From positions 69,626,001 to 69,690,000 of the forward strand of contig OX597823.1 of the NCBI GenBank assembly GCA_951406725.2: a stretch of DNA of 64,000 nt. Direction: 5' to 3'. The notes beneath the pieces were generated by a model. The model was not told where the DNA came from. It was given only the letters and a program-made list of their open reading frames with translations, and ran no database searches. This DNA is from Octopus vulgaris (lineage: Eukaryota). This document shows positions 14,045 through 27,673 of this stretch, one piece after another. How positions within the stretch are numbered: the stretch's first letter is position 1; each line of letters begins with the position of its first letter. The position numbers were made by a program, and so were the translations under genes.

Positions 14045-15450
14045 AAAAAAAGAGAAAATAAAAAAAGAATATTATAGACGAGTTAGATCAATACTAAACA
14101 CAGAGCTCAATGCTAAAAACAAGATAATAGGTATCAACACTTTAGCTGTCCCAGTTATAAGTTACAGCTACAATATCCTTAACTGGACACGAAATGAACT
14201 GACCAAAATAGACAGGAAAACAAGAAAAATAATGACAGGATCTAGGATGCATCACCCAAAATCTGACATAGAAAGACTATATATACAACGTATAGAAGGT
14301 GGTAGAGGCCTTATACAGCTGGAAAACTACTATAAAATAACCACCATAGGACTGCAAAAATATCTACTTCAGAAGGAAGGAAAACTGATCCAGATAGCGG
14401 CAAAACACGAGCAAAACAAAAAACTGTTCTCAGTATTTAAGGAAGCTGACAAATACAAACAAGAAATCATACCACCTAATAAACATGAAGAAGAAGAAGA
14501 AGATGAAGAAACAACAAAAGCTATAAAAAAAATGAAATCCAAACTAAAAATAGAACAGCAAAGAACCATGATAAAACGATGGCAAGAAAAGCCCCTTCAT
14601 GGTAAATACTGGACTAAACTAAACGCAAAAGAAATAGACAAAGAAAAATCCCAGCAATGGTTGAGAAGCTCAGGACTCAAAGCAGAAACAGAGGGATTTT
14701 TAATTGCAGCACAAGACCAAAGCCTCCCCACCAGAAATTACCAAAAACATGTAATGAAAAGAAATATTACAAGTAACTGCAGAATATGTGGAGATGGACA
14801 AGAAACAATAAATCATATTATCTCTAGCTGCCCAGTCCTGGCTAAGAAGGAATATATTCACAGACATGACAGAGTTGGAACTTACATACATTGGAAGCTA
14901 TGCCAACATTATGGAATAACAACAGAAAAAAGATGGTATAGGCACACACCAGAAAAGGTCACAGAAAACGAGAAAGCAACCATACTCTGGGATATGCCGA
15001 TACACACAGATAGAGAAATTAAGGCCAACAGACCAGATATAGTTGTCAGAGACCATGAAGAAAAAAAATGCTTTCTAATTGATGTATCAGTACCGGCAGA
15101 TGACAACGTGTCTCTAAAAGAAATGGAGAAACTCTCAAAATACAAAGACCTGGAAATAGAGGTAACTAGAATGTGGAATCTGAAAACAGAAACAATTCCT
15201 ATCATAGTAGGTGCATTAGGCATGATAAAAAAATATTCAGACAAATACATAACAAAAACACCAGGACTTACAAACACATATAACATACAGAAAATTGCAC
15301 TACTGGGCACTGCACACATCCTACGCAGAACACTTTCCATACAATAACCATCAGAGCATCACAACAAATCACAGCACATACCCAAGGCACACAGAGCTGT
15401 GCTCGGTAGTGAAGTGAAAGCACGCTATAAAAATAAAAATAAAACTACTG
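14045..15450 (+). mobile_element. 5'-truncated R4/Dong-clade non-LTR retrotransposon (RT thumb, CCHC, RLE endonuclease)
   Basis: Open ~430-aa frame to stop 15347: GGRGL, IAAQDQ, CRICGDGQETINHIISSC, RHD, RPDIVV..LIDVSVP..KLSKY; short 3' UTR; flanked by (TAA)n, the known Dong target. Confidence 0.92.
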
Positions 15451-15470
15451 AATAATAATAATAATGATGG

Positions 15471-15519
<49 letters not shown>

Positions 15520-15665
15520 AATGATGATAATCTATTATAATAATGATCTGGTTTGTAAGTTTGTCCAAAATCACGCAGTGAGGAAGTAGAAGTGTAAGTA
15601 AGGGTAAAAAAGAGAGACAAAATGGTATTAACAATGAGAGAGGGAGTGGTATCAAACAGCGCCTC

Positions 15666-15715
<50 letters not shown>

Positions 15716-15757
15716 AACACAAACATTTTCACTTTATTGCTGAACGCTGCCTCTCCC

Positions 15758-15868
15758 TCTTTCTCTCTCTATCTTTCCACAGACGCACACACAAACTCTC
15801 TCTCTTACTCCCTTTCTCTCTCTATCTGTCCACAGACGCACACACAAACTCTCTCTCTTACTCCCTTT

Positions 15869-15875
<7 letters not shown>
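15758..15875. repeat. ~57-bp tandem duplication in a CT-rich tract
   Basis: tctctctctatct(t/g)tccacagacgcacacacaaactctctctcttactccctt occurs twice. Confidence 0.8.
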
Positions 15876-15900
<25 letters not shown>

Positions 15901-17151
15901 CTCTCTCTCTCCCTCTCTCTCTCTCAACAACAATATTTTCATTCGAATATAAAATAAGTGAATAAGTAGTCTTTTTTAAGTCATAGAATTAAAATATTGT
16001 CTATTGAAAGAAAACTTGATAATATTCTGTTTAAAGAAAGCTAAATAGAAAAAGGAAGGCATTTATAAATATTTACAAATACCAGCCGATACTATGATGT
16101 TTGTAAATACTTATGAATGAAGGATTTTGCTAAGACGGTGAAGTTTGTCTTCAAGATCTTTTTCCGTTGCAGGCAGTAAAGAGAGTGAGAGAGGGAGAGA
16201 CAGACAGACAGAGAAAAATAACGTGGTGATCTTCTTAGAAAAAAATAATAAGTCTCTGTGTATGCCTTTAATATAATCCCGTGTAATTTTAGACTTTGTA
16301 TGGTTACGTATATGTCTTGCAAACAACTTGCACATGCAAGTGCGACCAGTTAAAAGCTCCGTATACCAGAAGCTAGCAAGTGTATGGGGTCATCAGGAGA
16401 GAATGCGCGCCGTTTCGGGGCCTACCTCTCGACGGCATCAATGCGCACCGGCCCCCTCACTGATATGAGGCCCCGCTTGCTAGATCAGCTGGTTATGAAG
16501 AACTCAGTATACTCCTAGCCATCGCTCATCGTCTCTTTTTAACCAAATCCATTTGTTTTGAAGTTTGTGTTCCTGTTATGGAGAATGAATCAGACAGAAG
16601 GCGACAGTTAGCCAGAGAGAGAGACAAAGGCGAAGAGTAGCCAGTCCCACACAAGAAGAACTGGACGCAAGAAGATTAAACAATACATTAAGGTTATTAA
16701 ATCACTCACAAGAAATGAGACAAGAGAGACGAGCGCAGAAGACAGGCTCGAAGACGTCAAAATGTAAAGGAGCACCTAAGCGTAAAAAGGAGAGATATCC
16801 ATAGAGAGAGAAGCACAAAAGCGCCACGATGACACAGAAGGGCATGCGGCAGTCACTAGAGAATATCTAAGAACGAGAGTATCGCAAAAGCGACAAAATG
16901 AAATGGAAGAGGAAGCAGTACAAAGAAAAGAAATCGAAAGAGAGAGAGAGAACATTGTGGAGAAGAATAGAAGTATAATGGTTAAAACTGAAACGGACCA
17001 TCGAAAAGAAGGCGAACTCATTGCCCTGTAGGGTTTTCACAAGAAACGTGGTGTTGAAGCAATTACTGAGATAAAGGTTGTAATGTTTTTATCTTAATTT
17101 TATCTTCTGTATCATTTTCATGCCGTCATTTCTGAAGGCACGGGTACACTA

Positions 17152-17229
<78 letters not shown>

Positions 17230-17240
17230 TAATAATAATA

Positions 17241-17337
<97 letters not shown>

Positions 17338-17370
17338 CGACGACGACGACGACGATGATGATAATAATAA

Positions 17371-18160
17371 GCAAGGGTGACCTAAAAAGAAGAGTGAAAG
17401 CCTAATCATCGCTGCCCAGGATCAGGTGTTGAATACCAACTCAATGAAAATGAATATATACCACACAACTGCAACGAACCTCTGCAGAATGTATGGGAAG
17501 AGGGTCGAAAGCGTGACTCACATTGTTAGCGCTTGTAAAAGTCTTGCACAGAAAGATTACAAGTACAGATGCGATAAGGTAGCCCAAAACGTTCACTGAC
17601 TACAATTCCGGAAGTATGGTTACAAGGTAACGGGTGCCTGATACCAACATACACCAGAAAAAGGTAACAGACGAAAAGGGGAAGGCAAAAATCCTCTGGG
17701 ACTTTGACTTCCGGACAGGCAAGGTGTTAGAGCAACGAAGGTTGGATATAGTAACCTTCAGGAGGGACAAACAAGAGTGCCTGATAATCGACGTGGCAGT
17801 GCCAGGAGATCAACATATTATCGCGAAAGAAAAAGATTGATAAATATGAAGACCTGAGAACTGAGATCGCCAAGATGTAGCAGCTACGAGAGCCAAACAT
17901 AATGGCTGCCCCATATTGTCATCAGAGCATTGGGTTCGATACCACCCAATCTGAAAAAAAACATCTGGTAACTTTATAAATACCCCACATTCTAGATATA
18001 TTGCAAAAATCGGCATTACTTGGAACTGCACGCATATTGCGTGGAGTACTGTCTGTCTGAGGTCCTTGTTGTGACTTTACAGACAGTACAAACCCCCTTT
18101 AGATACAATATCTTCAATTAAAAACATCAAGATATTAGATACAGTGCGATGTCTTAAATG
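17371..18160 (+). pseudogene. Decayed R4/Dong-clade 3' fragment
   Basis: SLIIAAQDQ, ILWDFDF, LDIV..LIIDVAVPGD, QKSALLGTARILR motifs with stops and frameshifts; follows (TAA)n. Confidence 0.85.
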
Positions 18161-18163
18161 ATT

Positions 18164-18345
18164 ATAGGCACGAAGCCTGAACGTTTGAGGAAAGACTAGT
18201 CATTTACATCAACTCCAGTGATCAACTGATGCTTATTTTATGAACCCTGAATGAAAAGCAAAATTGACTAGACGGAATTTGAACACAGAACTTAAAGGCA
18301 GAAGAAATGCGGCCAAGTAATTTGTCCGGCGCAATTTACTACCTT
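18164..18345 (-). mobile_element. tRNA-derived SINE, decayed
   Basis: Reverse-complement homology to the 7669/32962 family. Confidence 0.55.
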
Positions 18346-18739
18346 AATGGTAATGTCTATTTAATACTGTCAGACATCTGTGTAGATCTTACGTGAGTGC
18401 AGAATTTAAACAGAGTGAGATTTGGAATGAGAATATAATTAAAGCACTTATTGAATATTAATAAATTAACCTTTATTTCCTTATGTCAAATACAGATTAT
18501 TTAGTAGTTACATCGCCCAAAGATATATTTGCGTTAATGATTTCCCAAATTTGTGTAGGTTTGAATTATATATACGTTAAACGATTTTGATTTCTATGGG
18601 AAGTTGTTGAAATTTGTCCAGTGAATCAAGCATAAATAGCTTTATGTCACATTTACATGTAACAATTAGATATATTCCTCACCCAGCACCTGTGCATCCT
18701 CTGTAAAGCAACAGCTATTTGAGCTTTACTATTCTATAT

Positions 18740-19900
18740 CTCTAAACTATCAGCTTTCGCCTTTGACAGAGCTAGTTTAAAGCGGGGTCGTTACCTGCGA
18801 CATAATTAGATCTTTCAGCTTTGTTTGGCAGGTGAATCTTCCGTTATTTACCCCGCCTTTAGATTTCGTTCAACACTCCAGCTCTTTGATCGGTATCTTT
18901 CTATCAGATCAAAGTATCGTCTTCTGTGCTGACAGTATATTTTACTGCCCACATTCCAAACACTCTGATGTTCCCAGGGTTCTGTTTTGTGACCTGTAGT
19001 CTGTTTCTCGAATACTTCAATTTACAAATAATATCATCGCCAACTAATCACATGTCTATACAACTTTTGTTGTTTTATCTTACATGTTTAAGCCAAATAT
19101 CATCTACAGACAACAGAGACATCTCACACCGAATTTGCGCTGACTCCATGAACAGAAACCTTGGAAATATCCTTTAAAGTGGTCATACCTGCCTTGCCTT
19201 GCATAACGTTAACACAACACAAGCACTGATCCCTATTTAAACAAGTATAGAAAACAAATAGAACCTCTGAAATCACACTGAATATTACGTTTTTTCTATG
19301 AGGATCTCTTCTAACAAACGTATATCTCAAACATTGGCTCCTTTCTTCAGTTCCAGAAGATATTTCAACCCTCAACGACTTCTAACTCATTGCAAAGCTC
19401 AGGTTAGAACCAAATGACATTCTAGAAATCATTCAGAGAAACGTCAGTAGATACAATGTGGTCAATGTGGACTTCAGCATTACCAAACGTAAATGATAAA
19501 ATCCCTTTTGCTTATGATAGCGAACTATCCTTGAGTTATCGTATATGGAGACCAAAGTGTATATTGACTGAACACAGGCTGATAATCATTTGTTTGACTT
19601 AATCCAGATTAATCAAAATAAATTCACTCAGTGTTATTGGCTTGAAATTTTTATCCTCAGACATGCTATCTCTTCTTTATGTCTCCTATCTATTCAATGA
19701 ACTCTGTTGACTGGAGCTGGATGGTCTTGTACCACATCCACTCAGACACTCATGACTCGCCTATCTTCTTGTTAAACTAAGTTTGTGTCCAACCCTGAGT
19801 GCTCGCACTAGCCACAATGCTTAGTACTAACAACTTATCAATTCGGCCTTGTGGAATGTCATCGATGCATATCTTTCCTGCATTCGTCGTCTTGCAATAG
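18740..19900 (+). pseudogene. Highly decayed CR1/L2/Jockey-group LINE reverse transcriptase
   Basis: AFDR (~18760), VP-QGSVL*P (~18970), SRRYFNPQRLLTHCKAQVR (~19350-19410); boundaries approximate. Confidence 0.6.
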
Positions 19901-20929
19901 TTTAACTTTAACGATATCAGTCTCATTGGTATCTGAATTTACGTATTCAATAACATCCAAGTATCTCAATTCTCCACTTACTGGTGTCCAAAGTTAGTAC
20001 GGTTAAATTACAAAAATATTAACTTAGCAACTACAAGTACACTACTTTCGCAGTATTCTTTCCTCGAGATTATCGCTCGCAATAATTGGAATCACTACTC
20101 CTGCTTCTATTTGGCACTGGTATGGACGTGTAGTCGAGATGTTTGCATCCAACAGCTTCGTTATGATTTCAATCCCACTGAGCGGAACCTTGAGCAAGAC
20201 GGCAACTATGTAGAAATCAGTCGGAGAGACTGTTTCTTTAATTGGGTGGTGAAATGTAGTCCATCGCCCCGCTTTATCCACATCAGTACAGGTAACAAGA
20301 TGCCTGGCTTTAGCGGACAACCCTCTTTTGTGAGCATTCGAACCACGTTTCTGATTCATCCCTTTCGTCCATCAACTTTTGAGGCCCCAGAACAAAAATC
20401 ATGCACACGACTCGTTCATCTTAGATGACGTCATAATAAATAAATGTAAAAATAAACGTAATTGCTGCAAACATTATATAAATGCCAGAATCAATAAGAA
20501 CCGTCCACTATCTCCGGTTAACATGGTTAAAAAAAAAAAGCAGAATGCAGAATAATGAAAAATGAGTTATATAATTTTAGATATACTTTTTTTCTTTTCA
20601 TTTACTCTTTCCAGAAAAAAAAAACTATATTATTTGCAAAATTACTTGCTTGGAAATTTAATGAAATAGGTTATTCATCTTAAATGATAACGTTTCTGGT
20701 AGGTTTATCTCAGCGGGGACTCAGAGGACATAAAATCTGTTGGAAGCCATGACAGTAGAAAATGTCATTGACAAGTCAACCTTGGAAATTTAGTATAATT
20801 CATTTACATTCTGGTTCGTATTCACATTCATTTTGTTAGCTAGCTATTTCCTGATAATGGAAAGTTTATTCTCAGAGCAGAAATTAGTAAAGAATGCTTC
20901 AGCGGATGCTTAGATGTTTATTATTATTA

Positions 20930-20988
<59 letters not shown>

Positions 20989-21034
20989 GTTATTATTATT
21001 ATTGTTATTATTATTATTGTTATTATTATTATTA

Positions 21035-21077
<43 letters not shown>

Positions 21078-21308
21078 TATTATTACTATTATTATCGTCA
21101 TCGCATCGTGATCATCATCATCATCATCAGTAGTAGTAATGGTAGTAGTAGTAGTAGTGGTAGTAGTGGTGGTGGTAGCAGTAGTGGTGGTGGTGGTGGT
21201 GATGAGAGCCATCGAGCTGTAATTTCGTATTTGTTACACAACAGAAATATTGTTAGTCATTGAACATTTGACATGATGGCAGGTTATAGGAATATTTAGT
21301 AGTAGTAA

Positions 21309-21381
<73 letters not shown>

Positions 21382-21438
21382 TCCTGCTGTTGTTGTTGTT
21401 GCTGTTGTTGTTGTTGTTGTTGTTGCTGCTGCTGCTGC

Positions 21439-21469
<31 letters not shown>

Positions 21470-22300
21470 GCTGCTGCTGTAGTTGTTGTTGATTTCGTTG
21501 TTGTTTGAAAAACGTTTGGTCATGCAGGCTGGTAGAAACAACGTTTCTCTAAATCAATAATCGATACACGATTAACAATGTTACCAAACTCCATTATTGG
21601 ATTTATTCAAGTTGAATATCTCATTTTTCATTTATTGCTTCTGATTTACAACTCTTCATACCAGTGTAAAATACTATATATCATAGAAAAACAGATCTGT
21701 CCATTAAGTTTTAAGAGATTTTCCAGCAATTTTGTCTGCGACTATTTTACATGAACACAGTATCATTATAACCCATTCTGAAACTAAAATTGCTTATTTT
21801 ATTACAGTACTCAGTATTTTTCCACTGTCACTAAAATATGTCATGATGTACAGCGGCTTAATCCAATGTTCATAGCTTAAAAGACTTTTCTTCTATGCCC
21901 ATCAGATAGATAGATAGAACATAGTTGATGGCATCATTTTTGTTCATGGGAAACTTTAATTTCAGCATTGCCAAATATAATAACAATAATATTGTACACC
22001 CTCATGCTCTTTGTTTTCGAGTAGACTGATTGGGATATACAAACGCATGTTAGGAACAGAAAGCATATTGATAGAATATGAACTATCAATCGTGTATTAC
22101 TATTACTATTACTCACGCCAGAGATGAATTCAAGCGTTGTGCTGATCGCCATTACATTGCATATGTCGAGTTATTATATCATACGACCTAGGTTCGGTTC
22201 CTTGTGGTAGATATTTCAAAGATTTTATTTATCTCGGGCTTTGCATTTTCTGATTCTGCATTGTTCTCTAGCCTCCGTATATACATGCATAGATACATAT

Positions 22301-22327
22301 TTACACACACACACACATGCAGTTATA

Positions 22328-22368
<41 letters not shown>

Positions 22369-22967
22369 GTGTTGTATGTATGTTTGCATGTATGTATGTA
22401 GGTGTATATATATTAGTATATACATACACATATATGTGGGTGTGGAGAGAGGGGAGAAAAGGAGAGATGCATGCATATAATGTGTGTGTACCTCTGTGTG
22501 TATGTGTGTACATCTGTGTGAGTGTGTGCGTGTGTTGTGTGTGTGCGTGCTGTGTGTTTATATTTATATGTATACATGCATGTATATGTATATATCGTAG
22601 ATAATTTCCAGAAAAAGAAGAATTTATTTTATATGATATATAATATAAATTTATTCTTCTTTGATGATCAAAGACATCCTACCAACCATTCTAACCATAT
22701 TTTCTCTAACCTCATTTTAGTTTCATTTATAGAAATAACCAACCGTATAGATGTGTTCTTCTACATTAATATCGCTGTCTAGTTTTGCGGGATATAAGGC
22801 TGGCAAATGCTATACTTATGACGCTTATTGCGTTAAAATGCGTCTCCTGTCGTTCTAGACAGTCTGTCGTCTTTTTGGCAGCTGTCCTCTTGTTTCTAGA
22901 AGAACAGTTCCTTAATGACATGTCAATTCTTGAGAATTATTTACACACACACACACATGCAGTTATA

Positions 22968-23008
<41 letters not shown>

Positions 23009-23577
23009 GTGTTGTATGTATGTTTGCATGTATGTATGTAGGTGTATATATATTAGTATATACATACACATATATGTGGGTGTGGAGAGAGGGGAGAAAA
23101 GGAGAGATGCATGCATATAATGTGTGTGTACCTCTGTGTGTATGTGTGTACATCTGTGTGAGTGTGTGCGTGTGTTGTGTGTGTGCGTGCTGTGTGTTTA
23201 TATTTATATGTATACATGCATGTATATGTATATATCGTAGATAATTTCCAGAAAAAGAAGAATTTATTTTATATGATATATAATATAAATTTATTCTTCT
23301 TTGATGATCAAAGACATCCTACCAACCATTCTAACCATATTTTCTCTAACCTCATTTTAGTTTCATTTATAGAAATAACCAACCGTATAGATGTGTTCTA
23401 CATTAATATCGCTGTCTAGTTTTGCGGGATATAAGGCTGGCAAATGCTATACTTATGACGCTTATTGCGTTAAAATGCGTCTCCTGTCGTTCTAGACAGT
23501 CTGTCGTCTTTTTGGCAGCTGTCCTCTTGTTTCTAGAAGAACAGTTCCTTAATGACATGTCAATTCTTGAGAATTAT
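22301..23577. repeat. Near-perfect 640-bp tandem duplication
   Basis: 22301-22940 matches 22941-23577 except a 3-bp deletion; TAT microhomology at the junction. Confidence 0.95.
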
Positions 23578-23682
23578 AGATGGACGAGAATATTTTCCTT
23601 TCTCATTTGGCGTTACTTCAAATTGCCATCGACCAGTTCATCTGTTTTCTGTGGGAAAGGTTATAATTTCAATAAATAGAGA

Positions 23683-23717
<35 letters not shown>

Positions 23718-24204
23718 CTTTTATCTTTTATTTGTTTCAGTTATTGGATTGCGACCGCGCTGGAGCACTGTCTTCAAGAGTTTAATCGAGCAAATCAAAC
23801 CCACAAAATTATCCTTTTACTGATTCTATCTGGTTTCTTTTGCCGAACTAGCACCGGTTGTCAAGCAGTGGTGTCGGATAAATCCAAAGACAAACAGATA
23901 TACATACATAAATAGATACACACACCCACACATTCATATACACTCACATACACTCATATGTATAAACACAAATACATACATACACACTAACGGCATAAAA
24001 ACTCGTCGCGTGTATTGTACTTGTAATTCAAAAAGCATTGCCTTGTCACACTCTGTGTCTTGCCAATTATCCCTGCGAATTACGTTAAGTATATGTGTGT
24101 CAATATAACGCTTAGTCGCTTGTTAATTCGGGAGCAAGTACTTCAGTTGATTGAACAAATGAATCGTTATTATAGTCGAACGACGGATATCCATCAACAT
24201 CAAG

Positions 24205-24249
<45 letters not shown>

Positions 24250-24328
24250 CATACACACACACACATACACACATACACACATACACACGCACGCACACAC
24301 ACATATACACACGCGCGGATAGATAGAC

Positions 24329-24413
<85 letters not shown>

Positions 24414-24430
24414 TATAGATAGATAGATAC

Positions 24431-24510
<80 letters not shown>

Positions 24511-24512
<2 letters not shown>

Positions 24513-25003
24513 TGTTTCTTTATTAGCCACACAGGGCTGCACACAGATAGAACAAATTACTAGGTAGAGCTTTTCTTTTGAATGTTTAAAACTCCTCGTC
24601 GACGTCCAGGTTCGCCCCGAGCTCGTCGTCGTACCTCCCCTCCACTAAACCCCTATAGAATGCTTTGGTTGTGTTGAAGTCACTTAAGGTCGACCCAGGA
24701 CGGCAGAGTTGCTTGAGAGCAACGCGACACTCGCGGTGCCATTCGCCCTTCCTCGGCCTCTTTTTGATCCACGACTGCAGTTCGGTCATGGAGACGAGCT
24801 GCGGGAAAGCGTGCCTCACAAACGGCGACCACACCTGTTCACCGTCGTCTACATAGAGCCAGAGATGTCGCAGTCTCAGCGCGTGTCTGCGCATCATCAA
24901 CCACGGCATGCCCAGCCCTCCTTTTAACGGGTGTTGACAGCAAATGGATCGCCTGACCATCGGGACGCATCCTTTCCACAAGAAGCGAAAGAGGATGCGA
25001 AAG
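24511..25003 (-). mobile_element. Tx1-clade LINE fragment (post-RT ORF2 joined to 3' UTR) inside (GATA)n
   Basis: RILFRFLWKG..PLKGGLGMPWLMMRRHALRL is nearly identical to ORF2 at ~51070-51220; AATAAA at 24519-24524 (minus). Confidence 0.9.
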
Positions 25004-25013
25004 TAGATAGATA

Positions 25014-25096
<83 letters not shown>

Positions 25097-25217
25097 GTAT
25101 GTAGGCAGGCAGGCAGGTAGGTAGGCAGGTATGTTTGTATGTATGTATGTATGTATGTAGGTAGGTAGGTAGGTAGGTAGGTAGGTAGGTAGGTAGTTAG
25201 GTTGGTCGGTTGGTAGG

Positions 25218-25350
<133 letters not shown>

Positions 25351-25364
25351 GGATAGATAGATTT

Positions 25365-26330
25365 CACAGATTCTTTGAAATGTATCATCAGCGATGTTTC
25401 TGGGGTCCCAAGAGGTTTCGGGTCTTTCAACATCGGGCCTCTTGCCCAGTTGATCGAACTGAGGATGAGCAAGTCTACGTCTGCATCCTAGTGGCTGCAT
25501 TTTCTTTTCTGTTCTCTTTACCCAAAAGGTACCAAGTGGTCTTCTATGTAGCTTCGGTTATGGAATTTATAGTTTTCCTCTCTTCTGCACCACTAATTCC
25601 AAACTGAATCAAACTTTTTTTTAGAGTAAGCGCCACACAAAACCCTGGGGAGCCTACTTCAATTGCCTTGCAACGTACCCACCATTTTTAGTTTCTGCTA
25701 GCACCTGATATTAAGAAAGAATTCTGTGATGAGCCTCCTCCAAGAATTCTTCCGGAGCACAGTCACTTTCCACATGATTCTCCGTTTGCTGGGGTTTCAG
25801 AGTTTCGTTCGAACGATGTGCTCTGAGCACTTTAATCGTTCCATTATCCACTCTCAACTGCCAGTCCAAGGTAGCGGTGTGTAGGTACAATTCTTGATAT
25901 TTCAGTTAACTGGGCTTTTTCTCGTGGGGTGATATCTGCCGAATCTAATGGCTGTTGATATCGGTTCTACAATTAACTTCAGCACATGCTCAGGTTGCAA
26001 GCTATGGCATCAACCTGCTAACGTCCTGAGGCGGTTGCTGAAGAGATAAGTGTCGCAAATGATAGGTGGGGTACTTCCGTCTCGCATCATGTGTGAAGAT
26101 CTGTCGGAATTACTAAAATGTGTAAACAACCTAGATCAGAAATTTGATGTGCCGGATGTAAACCCGCCAAATATCAGACCTGGTGATGTTCCGCTGCTGT
26201 ATGCTGACCCGCCTTGTCCAGACTCCTTACTGACTGAGTTGCAACATCTTGATTGCCTGTGCTTCCTCAACAACTGCATGAAATTTTTAGATGAGACATT
26301 GTCGTTCTTTTCGTTTTGCCATTTCAAATC
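25365..26330 (-). pseudogene. Possible piggyBac-like transposase relic
   Basis: Fragmentary motifs ITEFF, KMVGTLQGN, LILSS..PET in the expected order; many stops. Confidence 0.35.
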
Positions 26331-26713
26331 TTGAAAGTTGGAAATTAATATTGGCCTGAATATCTTACCTCAAGATACCCAATAAGAGCCCTCGCCCTCA
26401 AATGTTCCTCTGTTACTTGCAACTCTCTGGCAATTCTCTACTTTCTACCTGTACGAAATTTAAGTCACTTGCTAGTGCTTTGGTATCGCTGCAATATCTA
26501 TACTTCGTAGCTTCCATTGTCCATGTCACTACAAATTCTTCACAGAGGCCGCAAAAGGTCAGTCATAGAATGTTGGTTTTGCACACAGCAGTACAGTTTG
26601 CTTCCTTGATCATCAAGGTACCTTCTAGAAAAATGTTCTAGAAAAATGTCTACCATGATTCTCACAATTTACGTATTGTCATTGTATAAAGACTGGGGCA
26701 CAATGAAGATTGC

Positions 26714-26759
<46 letters not shown>

Positions 26760-26764
<5 letters not shown>

Positions 26765-26980
26765 GGAAAGTATATATAAAGGGAAAGTTTAAGAAAATAA
26801 AAGACGAAGGCAGGTGGAGTACAAACAAACAAATGTATTAGTATAGCGCTCAGGAATAGAAAAAGTCTTTTACGTTTCGAGCCTACGCTCTTCGACAGAA
26901 AGATACACAGAAAAAAAGACAAGGAGAGAAACAAGGAGAGAAAAAAATGCGTGTAGGAACTAACGATCTATCATGGCGTC

Positions 26981-26985
<5 letters not shown>
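26760..26985 (-). mobile_element. Penelope-like stub in (TA)n with variant minimal hammerhead (26866-26903)
   Basis: Minus strand: TCTTT-CTGTCGA-A-GAGC gtag GCTC-GAAAC-GTA-AAAGA. Confidence 0.6.
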
Positions 26986-27035
<50 letters not shown>

Positions 27036-27269
27036 ATATATACATGTGTATGTGTGTGTGTATGTCTTTGCCCACCACCACCGCCTGGCAACCGGTGTTG
27101 GTGTGTTTACATCCCCATATCTTGGCAGTTCAGCAAAATAGACTGATTGTATAATGACATGGTTTTATAAATAGTAAGTACTGGGGTAGATTCTTTTGAA
27201 GGCGGTGCCCCAGCATAGCTGCAGACTAATGACTGACACAATAAATATAGATATATACCTACATTTCAA

Positions 27270-27552
27270 GTGATCGACCTGGCTATCAGATGCTGCTACA
27301 CGTCGCTGGTCACAATGCGCCTTGCATTGTTTTAGCATTCAAATGACGCCACCCCGCTGGCTAAGCGAGGAGGCCAACAGAAGAAAGAGTGAGAGAAAGT
27401 TGCGGCGAAAGGGTACAGCAGGGATCACCAGCTCCCCCTGCCGGAGCCTCGAGGAGCTTTTATGTGTTTTCACTCAATAAACACTCACAACGCCCGGTCT
27501 GGGAATCGAAACCGCGAGTCCGCTGCCCTAACCATGGGCCATTGCGCGTTCA
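27270..27552 (-). mobile_element. tRNA-derived SINE (distinct body)
   Basis: Minus strand: atggcccatggttagggcagcgg..ggtttcgattcccagaccgggcg, a tRNA-like head with A/B boxes. Confidence 0.65.
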
Positions 27553-27641
27553 CTATATACCTACATATGTAGATTATTTTATGCACAACTCCATTGTCTC
27601 CTAAGACAAAAAGGATGCTAACAACATACATATATACATAA

Positions 27642-27673
<32 letters not shown>

